Source: Candidatus Micrarchaeia archaeon (GTDB taxonomy: Archaea > Micrarchaeota > Micrarchaeia > Anstonellales > Bilamarchaeaceae). From it: DNA of 64,000 nt. Below, one piece after another: positions 63,966 to 64,000 of the stretch. The DNA is taken from positions 42,239-106,238 of the forward strand of contig JBNLBN010000001.1 of assembly GCA_050303335.1 (NCBI GenBank), given 5' to 3'. Position 1 is the first letter of the stretch. Each line of letters opens with the position of its first letter. A program made the position numbers and the translations under genes. The notes under the pieces are model-generated. The model was given only the letters and a program-made list of their open reading frames with translations, was not told where the DNA came from and made no database searches.

Positions 63966-64000
63966 GGGATTATAGCCTGCTTTAAAATTTAAAAATCAGT

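Noticed and set aside
1-64000. Search for CRISPR arrays, rRNA genes, and IS/transposase or integrase genes.
   Set aside because: I noticed no regularly spaced direct repeats, no rRNA-like conserved stretches, and no transposase or integrase-like ORFs when reading the ORF translations.

Overview
The window reads as a gene-dense archaeal chromosomal segment, probably from a gyrase-carrying, Thermoplasmata-like euryarchaeon. I estimate GC by eye in the mid-40s percent and did not compute it.

Diagnostic archaeal genes: GatD/GatE, AglB (WWDYG motif), archaeal CCA-adding enzyme, GGGP synthase with geranylgeranyl reductase, RpoK, a thermosome subunit, Pus10, family-B DNA polymerase, SRP54, ATP-dependent DNA ligase, and an archaeal-type riboflavin synthase fused to lumazine synthase.

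Other housekeeping: ribD (partial)/ribA/ribCH/ribB, pyrK-pyrD, ftsZ, gyrA-gyrB, purD, pyrE, dcd, and a metal ABC importer operon with a DtxR-family repressor and a perfect 6-4-6 palindromic candidate operator. One tRNA-Gly(GCC) is present. I found no rRNA, no CRISPR array, and no recognisable transposase or integrase.

The most interesting region is a co-directional block at 25.6-32.3 kb.

(a) A four-gene cassette joined by ATGA stop/start overlaps: a minimal 2-TM K+ channel, a compact E1-like ThiF/MoeB enzyme, a single-repeat TBP-fold protein, and a PHP phosphoesterase. An ArsR-type regulator follows.

(b) A membrane module that resembles a minimal type-IV-secretion or Ced/Ted-like DNA-translocation apparatus: a small 3-helix membrane protein, a polytopic VirB6-like protein, a VirB3-like 2-TM protein, and a VirB4/HerA-superfamily (DUF87) ATPase with no HAS-barrel. 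A coupled coiled-coil protein with a C-terminal wHTH follows.

Also notable: a triple Xis/MerR-like HTH-repeat protein; an orphan NurA-like nuclease with no HerA or Mre11/Rad50 in the window; two transglutaminase-core proteins; and a large membrane protein of unknown function beside gyrase. The PolB-to-tRNA-Gly interval is poorly characterised.

All assignments rest on reading the translated ORFs for motifs and family resemblance. No database search was possible.
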